60,739 bases of DNA, filler included, from Sphacelaria rigidula (GCA_964200075.2; 10 parts of 10 records of this genome joined end to end with filler, not necessarily neighbours in it); one strand, 5' to 3'; positions 1 through 13,243 are shown, counted from the whole stretch's first letter. Program-made: numbers and translations. Notes: generated by a model not told the origin, from the sequence alone.

Positions 1-1223
1 GTTTTCCAACAGAGTTTTTCAAATTAGCCCTTCTTACGTGATCGACGCACTATCAATATTGAAAACGCAGTGTTCATCGTTTTCTATGAGGTGTGCAGGC
101 ATAATTTCAACGTCTTGGGCGCGCGAGAGAGACGCAGCACTCTGATGTCCTGTCGTGGTGTACGGTTTGTACTAACTGGCTGTACTTCTGTGATACATTG
201 CCTGAGCAATACATAGTGGGCTGCGTGACGCAAGATCATCAATAAGAATACGAGTACGGCCTTGCTGTACCAACTGACTGTAGAAGTGACGGTTGTGCTT
301 TTTCACTGCACGGTACTGTTGTACTTGACTGAAATGACAGCACAGACAACAGTACACACAACAGAGCTGTATTGCATGCATCGGCTGTAGTACTACAAGA
401 GTAGCACTGTTCATAGTCCTGTGTGTACTGCCAGTATAGTCCTGTATCTACAAGGCTTGGGGGCGTAGGCAGTCTGTACTGCAAAGCGACGTCTCCTCGC
501 AACAAGCTGCATGCAGACCTCATCTGAGCTGCAAGTTCGCTGCACTGTAGTACTCGGTTGTACGGGCACCACAGACAACAGTACAGACACCACTGTTATG
601 TTGTATGCGTTGGATGTACTACAGTAGTAGCACTACCGATCTCATGGTCTTGTGTGTACTGTCAGACCGGTCCTGTCTCTACAAGGCTTCGGTGCGTGGG
701 CAGTCTGTAAAGCATTGCGACGGCTCTTCGCAACACGCGTGCATAGACATGAACTGAGCTACAATATTTTATACGGACAACATACAGCATAGACTATCCT
801 GTCTGTACAGCAGTTGTCATCGACGACCCTGCCCTCTGCTGTTCTCATGGGGTCAAGTGCCACCACGCTACTGGCGAGCGAAGGACAATGATGCAATACG
901 CTGAATGCCCGCGAGCACCGGCGACAGCATTAGTAGTGATGTCAGCCAAGCCATCACAGGTGCTGTAGCGGGCTGTAATGTGTGTTCAAACGTCTTCAAG
1001 CGTCTTCAAACGAGTTAAAACGCTTTTTCAGTGACGTTTTTCGATAGCTCAAGGTCATCATAAAATCGTGATTTTCTGATAGCTTTGGGCCATCGGAAAA
1101 TGTTATCGGAAAAGTTTCTATCCGAAAACGCGTTTTCTGATCACATAACAAGTGGGTTCTTGATTATTCATCAGAAAACGCAGCGTTTTCTGATAGAGTT
1201 TTTTCGATACATAAGAAGTAGCC
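1..1223. mobile_element. Probable Harbinger-like element, left end cut by the contig start, with an internal ~230-bp tandem duplication
   Basis: Right end ...AAGTAGCC followed by TTA. AAAACGC..TTTTCTGA sub-repeats at 1015-1210 and related motifs at 1-90. Direct repeat of about 340-535 at about 569-762. Confidence 0.45.
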
Positions 1224-1226
1224 TTA

Positions 1227-2590
1227 GACCATATTTTATGGCATTCACCTATCTCGATTTTTTCGAGCATCGGGGGGAAAAAAATCGGGGTGTCGCGATC
1301 TCAGACCAACTTTTATGGCAAAGAATCTCGATTATTTCAGGACCCCGATTTCGAAGAAATCCGTGAAGAAATCGGGGAATTAAATTCAAACCTCAAAATC
1401 GGGGGGACCGTTTTATGGTGCAGACAGACAGTATCACAGATTTTTTCAAGAGTTGTGTACACAGACGGTCATTTTCTGCATGAGTGTGGTACTGCGTACT
1501 CGTGCATGAAGCCGAAGAGCAGGCAGGCGGTGACTAATCCTTCGAGTACAGTGTCATACCTTGATACCTCAGGGCAATACAGTGCGGGACACTCCGTCAG
1601 TAAAGTACATAATAATGCCGTGTGGTATTAGACGATGGCACAGTCGGTATTGCGAGAGCAGTGAACAGTGCGCGAGCAGAGTTCAGTAGTGCAATGCCGT
1701 ACATCATCCCTCAACTACAGCGACAACAGCTAGGAGGGTACAGTAGCGTTCGTTACAGTGATACATTTGGCAGCACAGCGCAGTATAAATATTGCCATCG
1801 CCGCAGGGTACGACGTCAGCACCTACCATCTGCTTGTCAACCACTGTGCGAAGCTGCTTCAGCAGCTGGCGCGGGCAGGCGCGCCCTGCGCGCTGTCACA
1901 AGACTGTCTTCTTCTGCTGTTGCGAAAATATCAAACGCCTCGTACCCTACCATTGTACGTCAATGCACGTACGTCACCTCAAAGAAATCGGGGGAAACCG
2001 TTCTGAGATCTTGACACTCCGATTTTTTCTCCCCCGATTTGGACCAAATCGGAATCCATAAAATGCGTTCCCCGATTTTCCTTCTCTCCATGCTCGAAAG
2101 AATCGAGATTGGTGACTGCCATAAAAGATGGTTTCAGAACGGTTTCCCACGATTTTTTCGGGAAAATGGGGGGGAATCGCTCCGAGATTGTGACTCCCTC
2201 GATTTTTTTGAGGTGACGTACGTGCATTGACCTAGAATGGTAGGGTACGAGGCGATCGATACTTTTGCAACAACAGCAGCGGAAGACGGTCTCGTGACAG
2301 CGCGCAGGGCGTGCCTGCCCGTGCCAGCTGCTGAAGCAGCTTCGCACAGGGGTTGACAAGCGGATAATAAATGCTGACGCCGTACCCTGCGGCGATGGCA
2401 ATATTTTATGCTGCGCTGCGATGCCATGTGTATCACTATAGCGAGCGCTACTGTACTCTCCTAGCTGCAGTCGCTGTACTTGCGGGGTGATGTGTGGCAC
2501 TGCACTACTGAACTCTACTCGCGCCCTGTTGTTCACTGTTTTCGCAATACCGAGTGTGCCATCATGTACTGTACTGATGGAGTGTCCTGC
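1227..2590 (-). mobile_element. Family A copy in opposite orientation, split by the 1304-2133 insertion and truncated near 2590
   Basis: 1227-1303 joins 2137 onward to restore GGGGTGTCGCGATCTCAGAACGGTTTCC, as in the uninterrupted copy near 29370-29397. 2137-2590 is the reverse complement of about 1580-2005. Left flank is TTA. Confidence 0.8.
1304..2133 (+). mobile_element. 830-bp non-autonomous TIR element (family A, PIF/Harbinger-like), complete copy
   Basis: Ends GACCAACTTTTATGGCA / TGCCATAAAAGATGGTT, flanked by TCA on both sides (1301-1303, 2134-2136). Colinear with 57093-58745. Confidence 0.85.
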
Positions 2591-4545
2591 ATACTCTGGA
2601 CACTGGACACAATAATAGTCAATTGCTTCAGCAATGGACACGGGGGAAAACCGTTCGACATATATTGTCCAACACGATAGATGGTGAAACACATATATTG
2701 ATATGTATTGCAAGGGGCAATAAATGTTGCAACAGTCGATCGATAGCCTACGGCAATAACAATATATATAGTTCATTCGCCATCGATGGAAATTGTGTAC
2801 CGCAATAGATTCTGGGATGTAGATATCGATAGCCATTGCCGTAATCAACAGATTTGATGAGCCATCCATCGATAGTCATTGACATCATCAATAGATTAGG
2901 TGAGCTATCTATCAATACCTACTACCATCATCCGGCAATAGATTTGGTGAGCCGTATATCGGTAGCCTCTGCCGCCAACAGTACATTTTTGGAGATTTAT
3001 CAATATGGTCATTGCCGTCAACAATCGATTGTTCTCGGGAACAGCTATCGATAGCCAGTGATGCCAACGATAGGTTTTGAATTATATATTGCTCACCGAA
3101 GTGGTCTCATGACATCAACGGCAAGGTCTCTCACACATGAACACGCAACTACCTGAGGCGATAGTTGGCCACAGCTTCTGTGGAATAAAGTGGAAACATA
3201 CATACAAATATGTGCATACATTGCGCTAGTAACCGACGCTATTCAGCTACTTCAGTGATCAGCAATAGATATTGGTGGCCGCGATTCAGATTTTATTGTG
3301 ACCCTCAATAGACATTGGTGGGCGCAATTTAGATCCTATTGTGACCAACAATATCTATTGAGGGTCGCGTGACAGATCCTATTGTGATGAGCAATAATAT
3401 ACATTAGTGACCGCAATTCAGAGCCTTTTGCAACAAATAAAATGTACCGATAGACAACTTGGCCCCTCCATTGTCACAGCAATGACACTTTCTGTCTCTT
3501 GTCCCGAATCTCTTGTCGCCTATAAAAGCTATCGATAGCCATTGATGCCAGTCGATTATGACTGATGATGAACATTGACAGTCAATTTTTCCGGGCTCGA
3601 GGGAAAGGGACTGCTGAACCCTTCTCGCGATAAAAAATAAAGGCAAGCACCGCAGAAGGAAGGTGGAGTACTNNNNNNNNNNCCCGGCTGATGCGCCCAC
3701 ATATCCCGAAAAAGGGTAGAGTGGCGCTCGGAATAAATGGGACGACAAAACACACAACACACACACTTATAGCGCCAATGTTCTATTACATAGTCTATTG
3801 TCCAGGGTATCAGCACATCTCACCCACACACGAAAGTACTGTAAGTTCTCATGTTCATCAGATGGACAATCATAAGTACCAACATCACACTAACGACAAA
3901 ATATGTCATTTTTGGTCCACACATATTGCGGATTCCTACACAATACAAGCCTTCAAAAATTGTAGAAACGTCACGTCATATATTCACAAGTAGTATCATC
4001 ATATGCCCACTGCATGTCCACCTGCGGCTTCTCTACAGTACTTTGAACGGAGTTTAACATGCTCTATGCGTGGTATGTTGCAATATAGGTGTGGCAAGAC
4101 GACAGAGAATATCTATCGGTAGACATTGTATACCACAGTAGATTCTGGTATGTATCCATCGATTTTCATTGCCGCCATGCGTGGATTTTGTACCCAATCT
4201 GTCGATAGCGATTGCGGCCATCAATAGATTTGGTATACAATCTGTCAATAGCGATCGTCGTCATCAATAGATTTGGCACGCGGTATATCGATAGCCATTG
4301 CTATCATCAATAGATTTGGAAAACTATCGATCGATACATTTGGTCGGCCGCAATGGATTTCTGTGTAGGGTCACAACAAACTGCTGCCCGGACAACATCG
4401 TGGGAAATTGGTCTATCAATAGACATTGCCAACGACAATAGAAGGGGAAATTTGCCGATCGATGGTCGTTGCGGACGACAATATTGGCATCTACTGCAGC
4501 AATATCTATTGCTATTGCAATAGATGCCGTCTATTGTCCAGGGTG
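2591..4545. repeat. Degenerate ~43-bp tandem repeat blocks inside element(s) bounded by ACACCCTGGACA-type ends
   Basis: CAATAGATTTGG...ATCGATAGCCATTG units with ~43-bp period at 2800-3075, 3260-3420 and 4170-4340. Terminal motifs at 2591 (ATACTCTGGACA), about 3797-3808 and 4535-4546 (TGTCCAGGGTGT). Confidence 0.6.
3598..3766 (+). mobile_element. SINE family 1, 5'-truncated copy (contains a 10-N gap)
   Basis: Matches the body and tail of 20309-20678. Confidence 0.8.
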
Positions 4546-5179
4546 TGGAATTTACATGCGCGCAAAAAAAGCAAAAGCCTACCCCGAATCAGGAATATTT
4601 TTCTGCGAACGAGTGCCGAATTCTTGTGTGGGCAAACCAACTGTGTGTACAGAAAATCCAAAAGTGCACGCATCCCCGATCGTCGAAGACGAAATATTGC
4701 CCTTGATCTTTTGATATGGCGGCCGTGGATTCATAGCCTAATCAGTGATGCCTCCGTCAGGGCGCGTCTCGGCACTTTTTTTTTTCGATCGAAAAAATGG
4801 GGCGGTGGAATCGATTTGAGCGAAATTTTCTTGTTTTGATGTAATTGGGTCTAGATGGATTTTCAAGCTTTCGATCGAAAAAAGACAGAGAAATTCGTGA
4901 AACGGTACATTGTCACTCATGTACAGTACGGACAGAGTGTTTCGTACAGGAGGATATACAGGAGAAACGGCTAATGCGCAGTGCAGATAGCCCAGGACTA
5001 TCAGTTCTCTCTGCTTACAATGTGACGTGACAAAGACTTGAGCAACGTGCAGCTTTGTACTGCCTGCACTGTCCGTGAGCGTGCACGCAATTCGGTTGCC
5101 CACCGTACCACGCAGTTCTGTCGCTGATCCCTACCATGAAGGAAAATGCACAAGTTTCCGCCAACAAAAAATAAACAAC

Positions 5180-5500
5180 GCATACCCAACAACTGCAGTG
5201 TATTTATCCCTGGGCTCAATTCGTGTTTTATGCTGCAGGGTTGCTGTGGTAGCTGAGAATGAGTTGGATGAAGTTTGCATGGTATTATGTCCTGTGCATA
5301 GGTGTTATCTGGCGTGGTGGTGTGTAAGATAGGAGTCAAGTGCCGCTTAGTGCCTTTAGATCAAAAAGTATTATTTCTTGTCTCAAATATTTTTTCTCCG
5401 CGCGCCGCTACTTAAATTTTTGAGCTGAAGCCTTCTAGGAACATAAATGCGGTGGACCCATCAGATCGGCAAAAAAATGGACCGCACTTTCTTTATGGGA
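5180..5500. repeat. Interspersed repeat shared (inverted) with about 46470-46780
   Basis: CATACCCAACAACTGCA...TTTATGCTGCAGGGTTGC and CTAGGAACATAAATGCGGTGGACC have reverse-complement matches in contig 8. Confidence 0.7.
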
Positions 5501-5984
5501 AAAAAATGCTACTGTAAGACACGCCCTCAGTGACAAAAAACGACACAGAGCCCACAGATAGGGGCAAGAATTTTGACTGGCACGATTCTTCGACCAATCA
5601 AAGTCTCCCAATATACCAAAATGCGGCGACCTTTCTTCAATCAGATGAGATAATCGAGTGGGAATTGAGTGGTCAAATGGCTGTGATTGGCCCACACATT
5701 GCGCCGCTGCCAGTCAAACGGCTGCTACCATCAACCGCTCGGGATACAGAAGCTCCGTGCTGGCTTTGTTTGCGCCAACCTGCACGCGCCCGCGTTGCGT
5801 GTCTTCTTCCATCGCAGCACCCGACTACAACTGAAGTACCAAAGAAGACGCAACAGACAGCTGCACAGTCGTCACGTAATCCATCCCACCCCAACTCTGT
5901 GCGGACCGAAACACGGCATGCAGCGATACAACTGTTCACGGTTAGGACAAATAATGATTCGTCAGGAAATTACTTGGTTTTAGT

Positions 5985-6084
5985 NNNNNNNNNNNNNNNN
6001 NNNNNNNNNNNNNNNNNNNNNNNNNNNNTTAATTAATTAANNNNNNNNNNNNNNNNNNNNNNNNNNNNNNNNNNNNNNNNNNNN
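5985..6084. other. Artificial contig linker N44-TTAATTAATTAA-N44 (first of nine)
   Basis: Identical 100-bp linkers start at 5985, 12069, 18153, 24237, 30321, 36405, 42489, 48573 and 54657; the 12-mer has stops in all six frames. Confidence 0.99.
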
Positions 6085-6119
6085 GAGTTTCATAGAGATT
6101 TCAGTATTGGCGCTATTTC

Positions 6120-6311
6120 CCTTAGATATAGGAATTACTACACATGGGGTTTAATCAACGGGAAAATATGGGCCCAAACTTTTGAGCAGATGGCCACCTT
6201 CCCCTTGATTAGACGATTAATACGGTATGCGGATCACGGCCCAACTCGTCTGTGTCGATGAGATATTGCTTTTAGAGCTTAAATCCGTTTTTCAGGCTGG
6301 CCCAGCTCGTA
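6120..6311 (-). mobile_element. End of a TA-flanked element (family shared with 48385-48572)
   Basis: Reverse complement of 48385-48572; both start TA|CGAGCTGGGCCAGCCTGAAAA and run towards a contig break. Confidence 0.75.
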
Positions 6312-6495
6312 CTGTAATTTTAATCATGACTTACTCGGTTATGGAAAAATCTGTGAAACCGCTCGGTAAATGACAGCAGCACGATCAACATGTCAACCAT
6401 ACCAGCGAGGGAGAACTAGCGCAATGCGCGTCCGAGTACTTTGTAGAGGGCATTCTATGCACATTTTTACGTTGGAGGCTGAAACATTTGGTTAC

Positions 6496-9400
6496 CTGGT
6501 GGGCAGAGAGATACATGGCTCCCGCCGTCTACATCCTCCACGCTGCCACCCTGCAGCCATTCACCGGAGCTTAGGCATGCTGTTGACGAGCGTACGGGTC
6601 TGAGAAGGACACGTACAAGGGCAAAACACGGTTTGCTACCGAACATGATGGTCGTCAGGTATAGGTAGCAGTTTCGCGTGACCCCACTTTATCAGAACAA
6701 CCATCGCACAAGTCAACGCTCCGTGAGCTTGTTCATCCCAATTCAAAGCAAAAAAAAGTGCAGAAATTGAAGAAAAAAAAACGACCAATACTCTGCCCCC
6801 TCACACGAACACATCGAATACATGCGTTTTCGCCAATCACGTATACTGTTACATGCTCACCGGTAGACATCATCTTGGAAGTAGTCCTTCAAGTCGCCGG
6901 ATCGTGGCAACATGAATGATACTGCGCAAAATGGGTAAGAAGATGGAGAGACAAGAGACACCGTTCAGATAACATATCCCCGTGTCCACCCGTGTCCACG
7001 GAATGAACGATTCAGCCAGTGTTCATGGATAGACCGGCATATCCCTGTTTTTTTCACTGGAAATGTAAAATCAAAAAGCTCAATACCCGGCAACGCGGTC
7101 ATTTCACGGTCCTGTTCGCACACGTGAACAAAATCGTACGCGCAGCAAGGACCGCGAACGTGGCGATCCATGTCGTGAAGCAACGAAAAGTCTGCGGAAA
7201 GTCGCACCGGGTTCCACTGTGGTAGATGTGAGTCGCATCAGACGCGCCACCTCCGCGCCAGGGACATCAAGACATTGGGGTGGAAGAAGCGCCGCGCCGC
7301 TAAGGGGTGCTCCCGAGGCTTTATACTCGTGGCAGAAGTGGAGGTCTGGCAACGAAGATGCATCTTCGTCGTTGTCGTTGAGCTCGTAATACTTCATGCT
7401 GCTTCCGCCTCTGGTTGAAGAATGTCATCGGCCATCGTGTCCACGGGGGCAAAAACAGAGGGAAGAGTTAGAAGAGACCAGACACCAGGGTGGCAGGCGT
7501 GGCATACATACATGATCTGTCATAGAATCACCGACGCAATCGGTCGTTCATCATTGACTAACGCAGTCTTCCATTCGTGAGGAGGGGGGGGTGTTTTTCA
7601 ACAACGGTAACTGTCAGCAGGCACGGCAGGTTTCAGTCTCCCCTCTGTACCTGCCCGCAAGAAGCAACAACCCCGATGCCTGACAGTACAGCGGTAATAG
7701 CAAACCGTTCGAGCTGTCCACCGTCTTCGTGACGAAAGCTGACGACAGGTTGCGCTGGCAGGTGGCAAGTGGCAAGTGGCAGGCAAGCAAGGGGCGGACA
7801 GAACGAATTCGTGTCATAATCCAAGCATATTTGGAAGATTACGCTGGAGAGCGTCCGACGTCGTCTTTTGCAGCTCTCGTGATGTCGGCATGCACCGTCT
7901 CGCGAATCGCGCACCTGTTTCCAACAAAAGCCAAATTAATCTACGACTGGAACTACTTCTGAATACACAACCACTCCATTTTGAACTGCTCCAAGTGTTG
8001 ACAAGCGCCCACCTGCTTTCCCGCGCACCAGACAAAAACTTGTGACTACACACGTACAGGGAACACGGCATCCCTGGGGACGGTCACGCGGCACGAACCC
8101 TACATATCAACTCACGGGGTCCCACAGGCATAATTGCCGATGTCCGGCAGCCGCGCAGCCTGTTGTAGCCAACATCTCTTGCCGCCCCGGCCTGGAGCAC
8201 CAACACGCCTTTTGGGTTTTGCGTCCTGCGTGGCCGGATCCCTTACTCACTACTTCTCCCGCTCTTGGGTCGATAATGCGAAGATCTCCGTCCCTCGACG
8301 TCGTGGCTATCAAGCTGCCGTCCCCGTTGAAGCACGCGCTGTCATTCCGAACAAGCAAGGGGAATCTTTACCCTGGAGGCAGTGCGACGTGCAGAACTGG
8401 CGAGAACTTGAGGGGAGCGGGCAATACTTGTATGTCAAGGGGTTCAAGCCGAGTCAACATGGGCAGTAGAGATCCTGTGCAGTCGAGAGGGGTCTGAATC
8501 CCAAGGGCTCAAAGAGTGGTGTAGTTCGCGTACGCGGGTGTTCAGACAACACGATACGTGTATGGTTGGTAATATCGCTGAGGCAAGGCAAAAAACGGAA
8601 TGAAGGTGCCCGCAGCTGCAAAAACGGCAACACTCCACGCGACTCGAAGTCCTCACCGTCTCCTACCTGTTGATGGTATGCGTGTGCTCGTCGATAGTCA
8701 AGGCCGCCAAGTCTCCTCCAGCTTCCACGTCACACAATTGGATGCTGTGGTCCGCGTTGGTCGTCATGACAATATTCTCCGCGACGGGGTGAAACTCCAC
8801 ATATCTGCAACCGCAAGTTCCATACGGCAAACAGGTGAAGGTCAGTCAATACGACGCTCATAGACGAAGCAAGTTTTCACAGCTCCAACACACATGTCGA
8901 GCGCGACCAAACAATTACGCCGGATTATGCCGTATAACCATACAGAGCACGTCGCACCATGGCTTGCCCTGAACAATATGGCCAATAAGGTCAATAAGGC
9001 CAATAAGGTCCATGCACCCGAGAGAACAAAGAGATGCAAAAGCAAAAAAATACATCACGTCTACAGCAACCACCTTCACCGTCAATGGGTGCATACTGAG
9101 CGCTTCTTCCATGAAAAAAACGTGAAAGCCACGCTACGTCAAGGCTTCTCGTGAGTCCGATGCCATGGCGCAAACGACACACGAGGGTCCCCGCAGGACA
9201 AGCCCCGACACCAGGCGGCCACATGCATCCCGTGTGATGACAAATACAAGTGTATCGTGCATCTAACCAATCACCTGGCCGCCGTACAGTTAAACGTCAA
9301 GTTCGCTACGGCGTCATTCGCACCCATGCTTCCGCCACTCAAGCCACGCCCAGGCAGATCCCATAGTTTGACGGTGCTGTCCTCGCTCGCTGTACAGACA

Positions 9401-11603
9401 CAAAACACGAACAAGACAAGATGGGGGGAAAAGGTAAGAGTCACCCCATCGCCGGCTGCAGTGTTCGTTCCGTGTCTCATGACAACAAACGAAAACAAAT
9501 GAGGTGAGTTGAAACGCTAAATTGATCGGCGCTTCGTGGATGGATGACTCACGAGTACCACGTGAAAGTCAGGGCATACCTTTCAATACCATAATGTTGA
9601 TACTTGATACTATCACTACCATACCGCCAACTACAGGACACCGTCATCATGAAACCCTACGCGAGACGTATTACTTCAGACCAACAAGATATAGGTGTGC
9701 CTGGCAGCTACATCCTGTAGTCTCACCCGTCGCCATGAGCGATTGGTTGAAGGGAGAGAAGGCGATGGAGTTCACAGGAGCGCGATGGCCGTTGACCAAA
9801 TGGCAGTCTGGTTCTACCTGCTCATGTCAGCAATGCACGGCAGGGCAGCACATTTCAGAAAAATTATGGGAATGAGCTGAGATACCACGCCGGAGGGAAA
9901 ATGCCATGTCAGCTTGCAACTGCGAAGAAGAAGCACGGGATTCTGCAACGACTCCGGTACAGAGTGCACATCGTGTGGGCATAATCATCAATTCAAGCAA
10001 AGCGAGCATGTGCCCTCTTGTCAGTAGAGTCACGTGTGGAGGTAGGCGCAAGGGAAACAGCCCCCTACCAGTGCCCATAACACCAGCGCCGTGACACTCA
10101 TGTGTGTACCAGGTGTCGTAAATACGGGTACGGGTCGACAACACAACCAACATTCTTTACCCGCTCGTGCACGCATGAAACGCTCCAACCACGTTGTCTC
10201 GCCAGGCGCGGTGTATCTGGGACACTCGCCGCTGCTCTCAGCCACGGTCCGTCCTAAAATAGTACAACTTGCGTACAGCATATCATACTTCGAAGTATAT
10301 TGCATGTGCGCACCTTGCCCGAAGCGGAAAGTGGCGAAACATACACGGGGCCACCTCCGCCGACGAACGGGATCGCCCAGAAAGACGCAGAAGCAGCCAC
10401 AATCGGACCATCCAGAGACGTGAGCAGCGGAGACAAGTTGAACACCGGCTTTGCTCCCTTCGTCTCCACACCGAACACATGGCGAAGCTGCGCTTCAACG
10501 ATGTCAGTACGCCAGCATGCACAATTGGGGTAGGCGAATACGTAAATACGTAAATACGTGAATACGTGAATACGTGAATACGTGAAAATATATAAAAGCA
10601 ATAGGCACGCCACTTTACTGTGCCCCTCAAGATTTTCCGGTCATGACGCAATAGCTACAATACTCGACATCCTCAACACCATCAACGTGCCGTAAGTTGA
10701 TGGGGATTTCGAACGTTCCTCCGCTGGACACGCAAGCCAAACTGTCGGGCATGCACACGCACATACGTATGTACATCACACATGCATACCTTCACTTTCG
10801 TTCCGCTTGATTTCCACTTCGAAGACGACCCAGACTTGTCAAGGACTGGACGCTCAGGACCCTGACTGCCGGAACTTTGTTGCTTTGCCAAACCTACTCC
10901 TGTTGTCTCCGCCTCGGTTGGCATTTCAATTTCACCTGAAGACTGTGGTGCTGACTCGCCGACACTACGGTCTGTGACTGGCTGGCTCTCTTCAGCCCCG
11001 GCTTGGTCAACAGGCAAGTCGACAACTTTGTTCGGCTGAGTTGGTACAGGTGCTGGTGTGGTCACAGTAGGAGTCGGTGAGGCTACAAGCGGCTCTGGGG
11101 TGGCAGCAGGGACACTGGGTGTCGGGGACGGCCGTTGAACAGGCGGTTGCGGCAACGCTTCCAAATACGGCGGAACGGTCAACCCACTGAGCCAGTCCGG
11201 AGTGGTGAGCGACGGATATGCGCCTACACAACGGTGCGGGTGGGAGGACAGGCCGGAAGATTGTGCACAAAGTGAGTGTACTTCACGGAATGCAAACCTA
11301 ATGAACGAAAAATGTCACAAAGGAACAATGTATCTTGCGCACAAGGTTGGAGAAGAGCAAGGGGGCGAGCAAAGATTGTCGATTATTATTCTATTTTCAC
11401 AGCCAACACAGGTGTATAACGGGGATAAAAATGGCGGCTTTCTGAACGTGCTCGAGTATGAATATCCTTCACCTGGGGCAGGGGGGAAGAGCTCTTCGTG
11501 AAACCTCATTTTGTCCCGGCGAGGTATGACGACAGAAACTGGCTGGATACCATCGTCGCACAATTTGAGGAGCCGCGTCACCTCGCACGACATTACGTCG
11601 CAG
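6496..11603 (-). CDS. CORO7: Tandem coronin (coronin-7/POD-1 type WD40 actin-binding protein), internal part, 11 exons; 5' and 3' ends not found in the contig
   Basis: Hand-spliced exons, all GT-AG and phase-consistent: 11473-11603, 10790-11223, 10314-10487, 9727-9817, 9275-9389, 8667-8804, 8116-8338, 7651-7754, 7208-7410, 6861-6921, 6496-6599. Peptide: end of one coronin unit (CDVMSCEVTRLLKL...IPRRDKMRFHEELFP...DWLSG), a P/T/S-rich linker, then a second unit (KLRHVFG...GGGGPV...GHRAPVNSIAFSPF...ATASEDSTVKLWD...VEFHPVAEN...FNGDGSLIATTSRD...LWDPRN...DSSNGLLLPLY...LDVPGAEVARLMRL...YFQDDVY...EWLQG). Confidence 0.93.
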
Positions 11604-11890
11604 CTGCCAAAAAGACAGGAGTGGCAAGGGGCGCCATGAATGGCGTCAGAAGATGAAAACACGCAAAAAAAATCAACTATTTCTCGTTGTATTGCCAACC
11701 TCACCCCTAGTGCGACATGATGATACGGTATGGCCTTCCGTTCGAACTTCCCGGAATCTTGGGTCATGAATCAAAATCGGTTCTTATATTCGCAGCGTAT
11801 CAAGCAAGGTTTACGCGGCCTGACACCGCGTAGGATGTGGTAAGCTCAAGACTCATATATTTCAACTAAGATTGCTTCGAGGGGTGTTAG

Positions 11891-12068
11891 TGTGTGTTGT
11901 CGTCCCATCTATTCTGGACGCCAGTCGCCACCTTTCGGTTTATGTGGGCACATCAGCCGGGGTCACACAGGAGAAAGGTCAACACAGGGGCTTTTTCTTT
12001 TTTATTTGTTTTTAGTACCCCACCTCCTTCTGCGGTGCTTGCCTTTTTGTTGTATCACGCGAGGGGTT
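11891..12068 (-). mobile_element. SINE family 1, 3' part, cut by the contig end
   Basis: Reverse complement of about 20490-20675. Confidence 0.85.
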
Positions 12069-12294
12069 NNNNNNNNNNNNNNNNNNNNNNNNNNNNNNNN
12101 NNNNNNNNNNNNTTAATTAATTAANNNNNNNNNNNNNNNNNNNNNNNNNNNNNNNNNNNNNNNNNNNNGGGGGGGGGGGGGGGGGGGAGGAGGGGGGAGG
12201 GGGGGGGGGGGTCGTGATAGTACTCGAAGCATCGTGTATCTGTGAGGATAGAGTTCTGCAAATAGTGTGCCGAAGCCCGTACGAAGAACGGTAC

Positions 12295-12529
12295 CTGATA
12301 TCTTTGGGAGGATCACTGATGTTGAGCAAAGCCTCGGCGGCCGCGCCCCTGGCCTTCCTGTCCCTTCGCCTTTCCCGGAACGTGACGGGTAACGTGTCAT
12401 GACCGTGCAGCCTCTCTGTGGCGGCTTTGGCGGTCGCGAGAGCCCTTTCAAACTGTGCCTTGCTGCCCACGATCGGCTGGGGTGATCCATGGGGGCGTTG
12501 CCCCGATAGTTGGTCGAGCTTTTCGTTGC
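12295..12529 (-). CDS. Orphan internal exon, hypothetical protein
   Basis: Pyrimidine-rich acceptor tgttttctctatccag and donor AG|gtaccg flank a GC-rich open frame (NEKLDQLSGQ...KAQFERALATAKAATERL...AAAEALLNISDPPKDI). Confidence 0.45.
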
Positions 12530-13243
12530 CTGGATAGAGAAAACACACATGTTCGTTCCACGAGTTACGTCAACTTGTAACTTCAGCTTTGATGTTAGCG
12601 GACGGACATAATAGGCGTAGAAGTGAGTGAATGTACATGTACCTAAACGCAGTACGACTACGCCCTTTGGAAGATAGAAGGTAGAATTGGCCCCATTTGT
12701 TGATTGACGAAAAGTGGGTCGAGGGGCGGGTACAAAAAAGATTCCGGGCTTGATTGAAAAACTCGGCCACACAAGCGAATTAGACTACACACCTGCAGTG
12801 TTGCAATGTGACATATTCCAGTAGCATTAGAGTATGCGTACCAAGACAGAAAACAGCTCGCCGCAACGAATCCTTGCGAGGGAGAGAAATGAACAGCTCC
12901 ATGTGTCACCCCCTCGTGATTTTAAATGCATTGCTCCTTCCTCTTGTGTTGCTCCGCTTCGCGCTCGATAGAAAACGGCTTTGCGCAGAGGCGTTGTAGG
13001 TATGAGAGACGGCCAAATAGTACACTCGACACACACCCGCATCTGAAGAGCACCCTTTGTTATGGACACATGGTTTCTCGGCTTGTCCCACGGCGCTGGG
13101 GGAGAAAGGGGCAGGTACACTGGGTTCACCATTTTACTATTTTTTTCGGCCTCGCATCTGATTCGCTGGCGCGGGCGTATCGGGGCTTCTCTCAGGACCG
13201 GTACTGATTCCTAGCCAGGCGGTTTGACGGTGATTTTCCGGTA

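Noticed and set aside
1979..2869. 296-aa ORF, the longest in the track
   Set aside because: It runs across three different repeat elements; sister copies are frameshifted; no domain motif.
2800..4340. CRISPR-like array (43-bp period)
   Set aside because: Units are degenerate along their whole length with no identical repeat and unique spacer pattern; no cas genes; eukaryotic TE context.
6029..6040. TTAATTAATTAA as a recurring regulatory or recombination site
   Set aside because: Always centred in 88 Ns; a synthetic six-frame stop linker.
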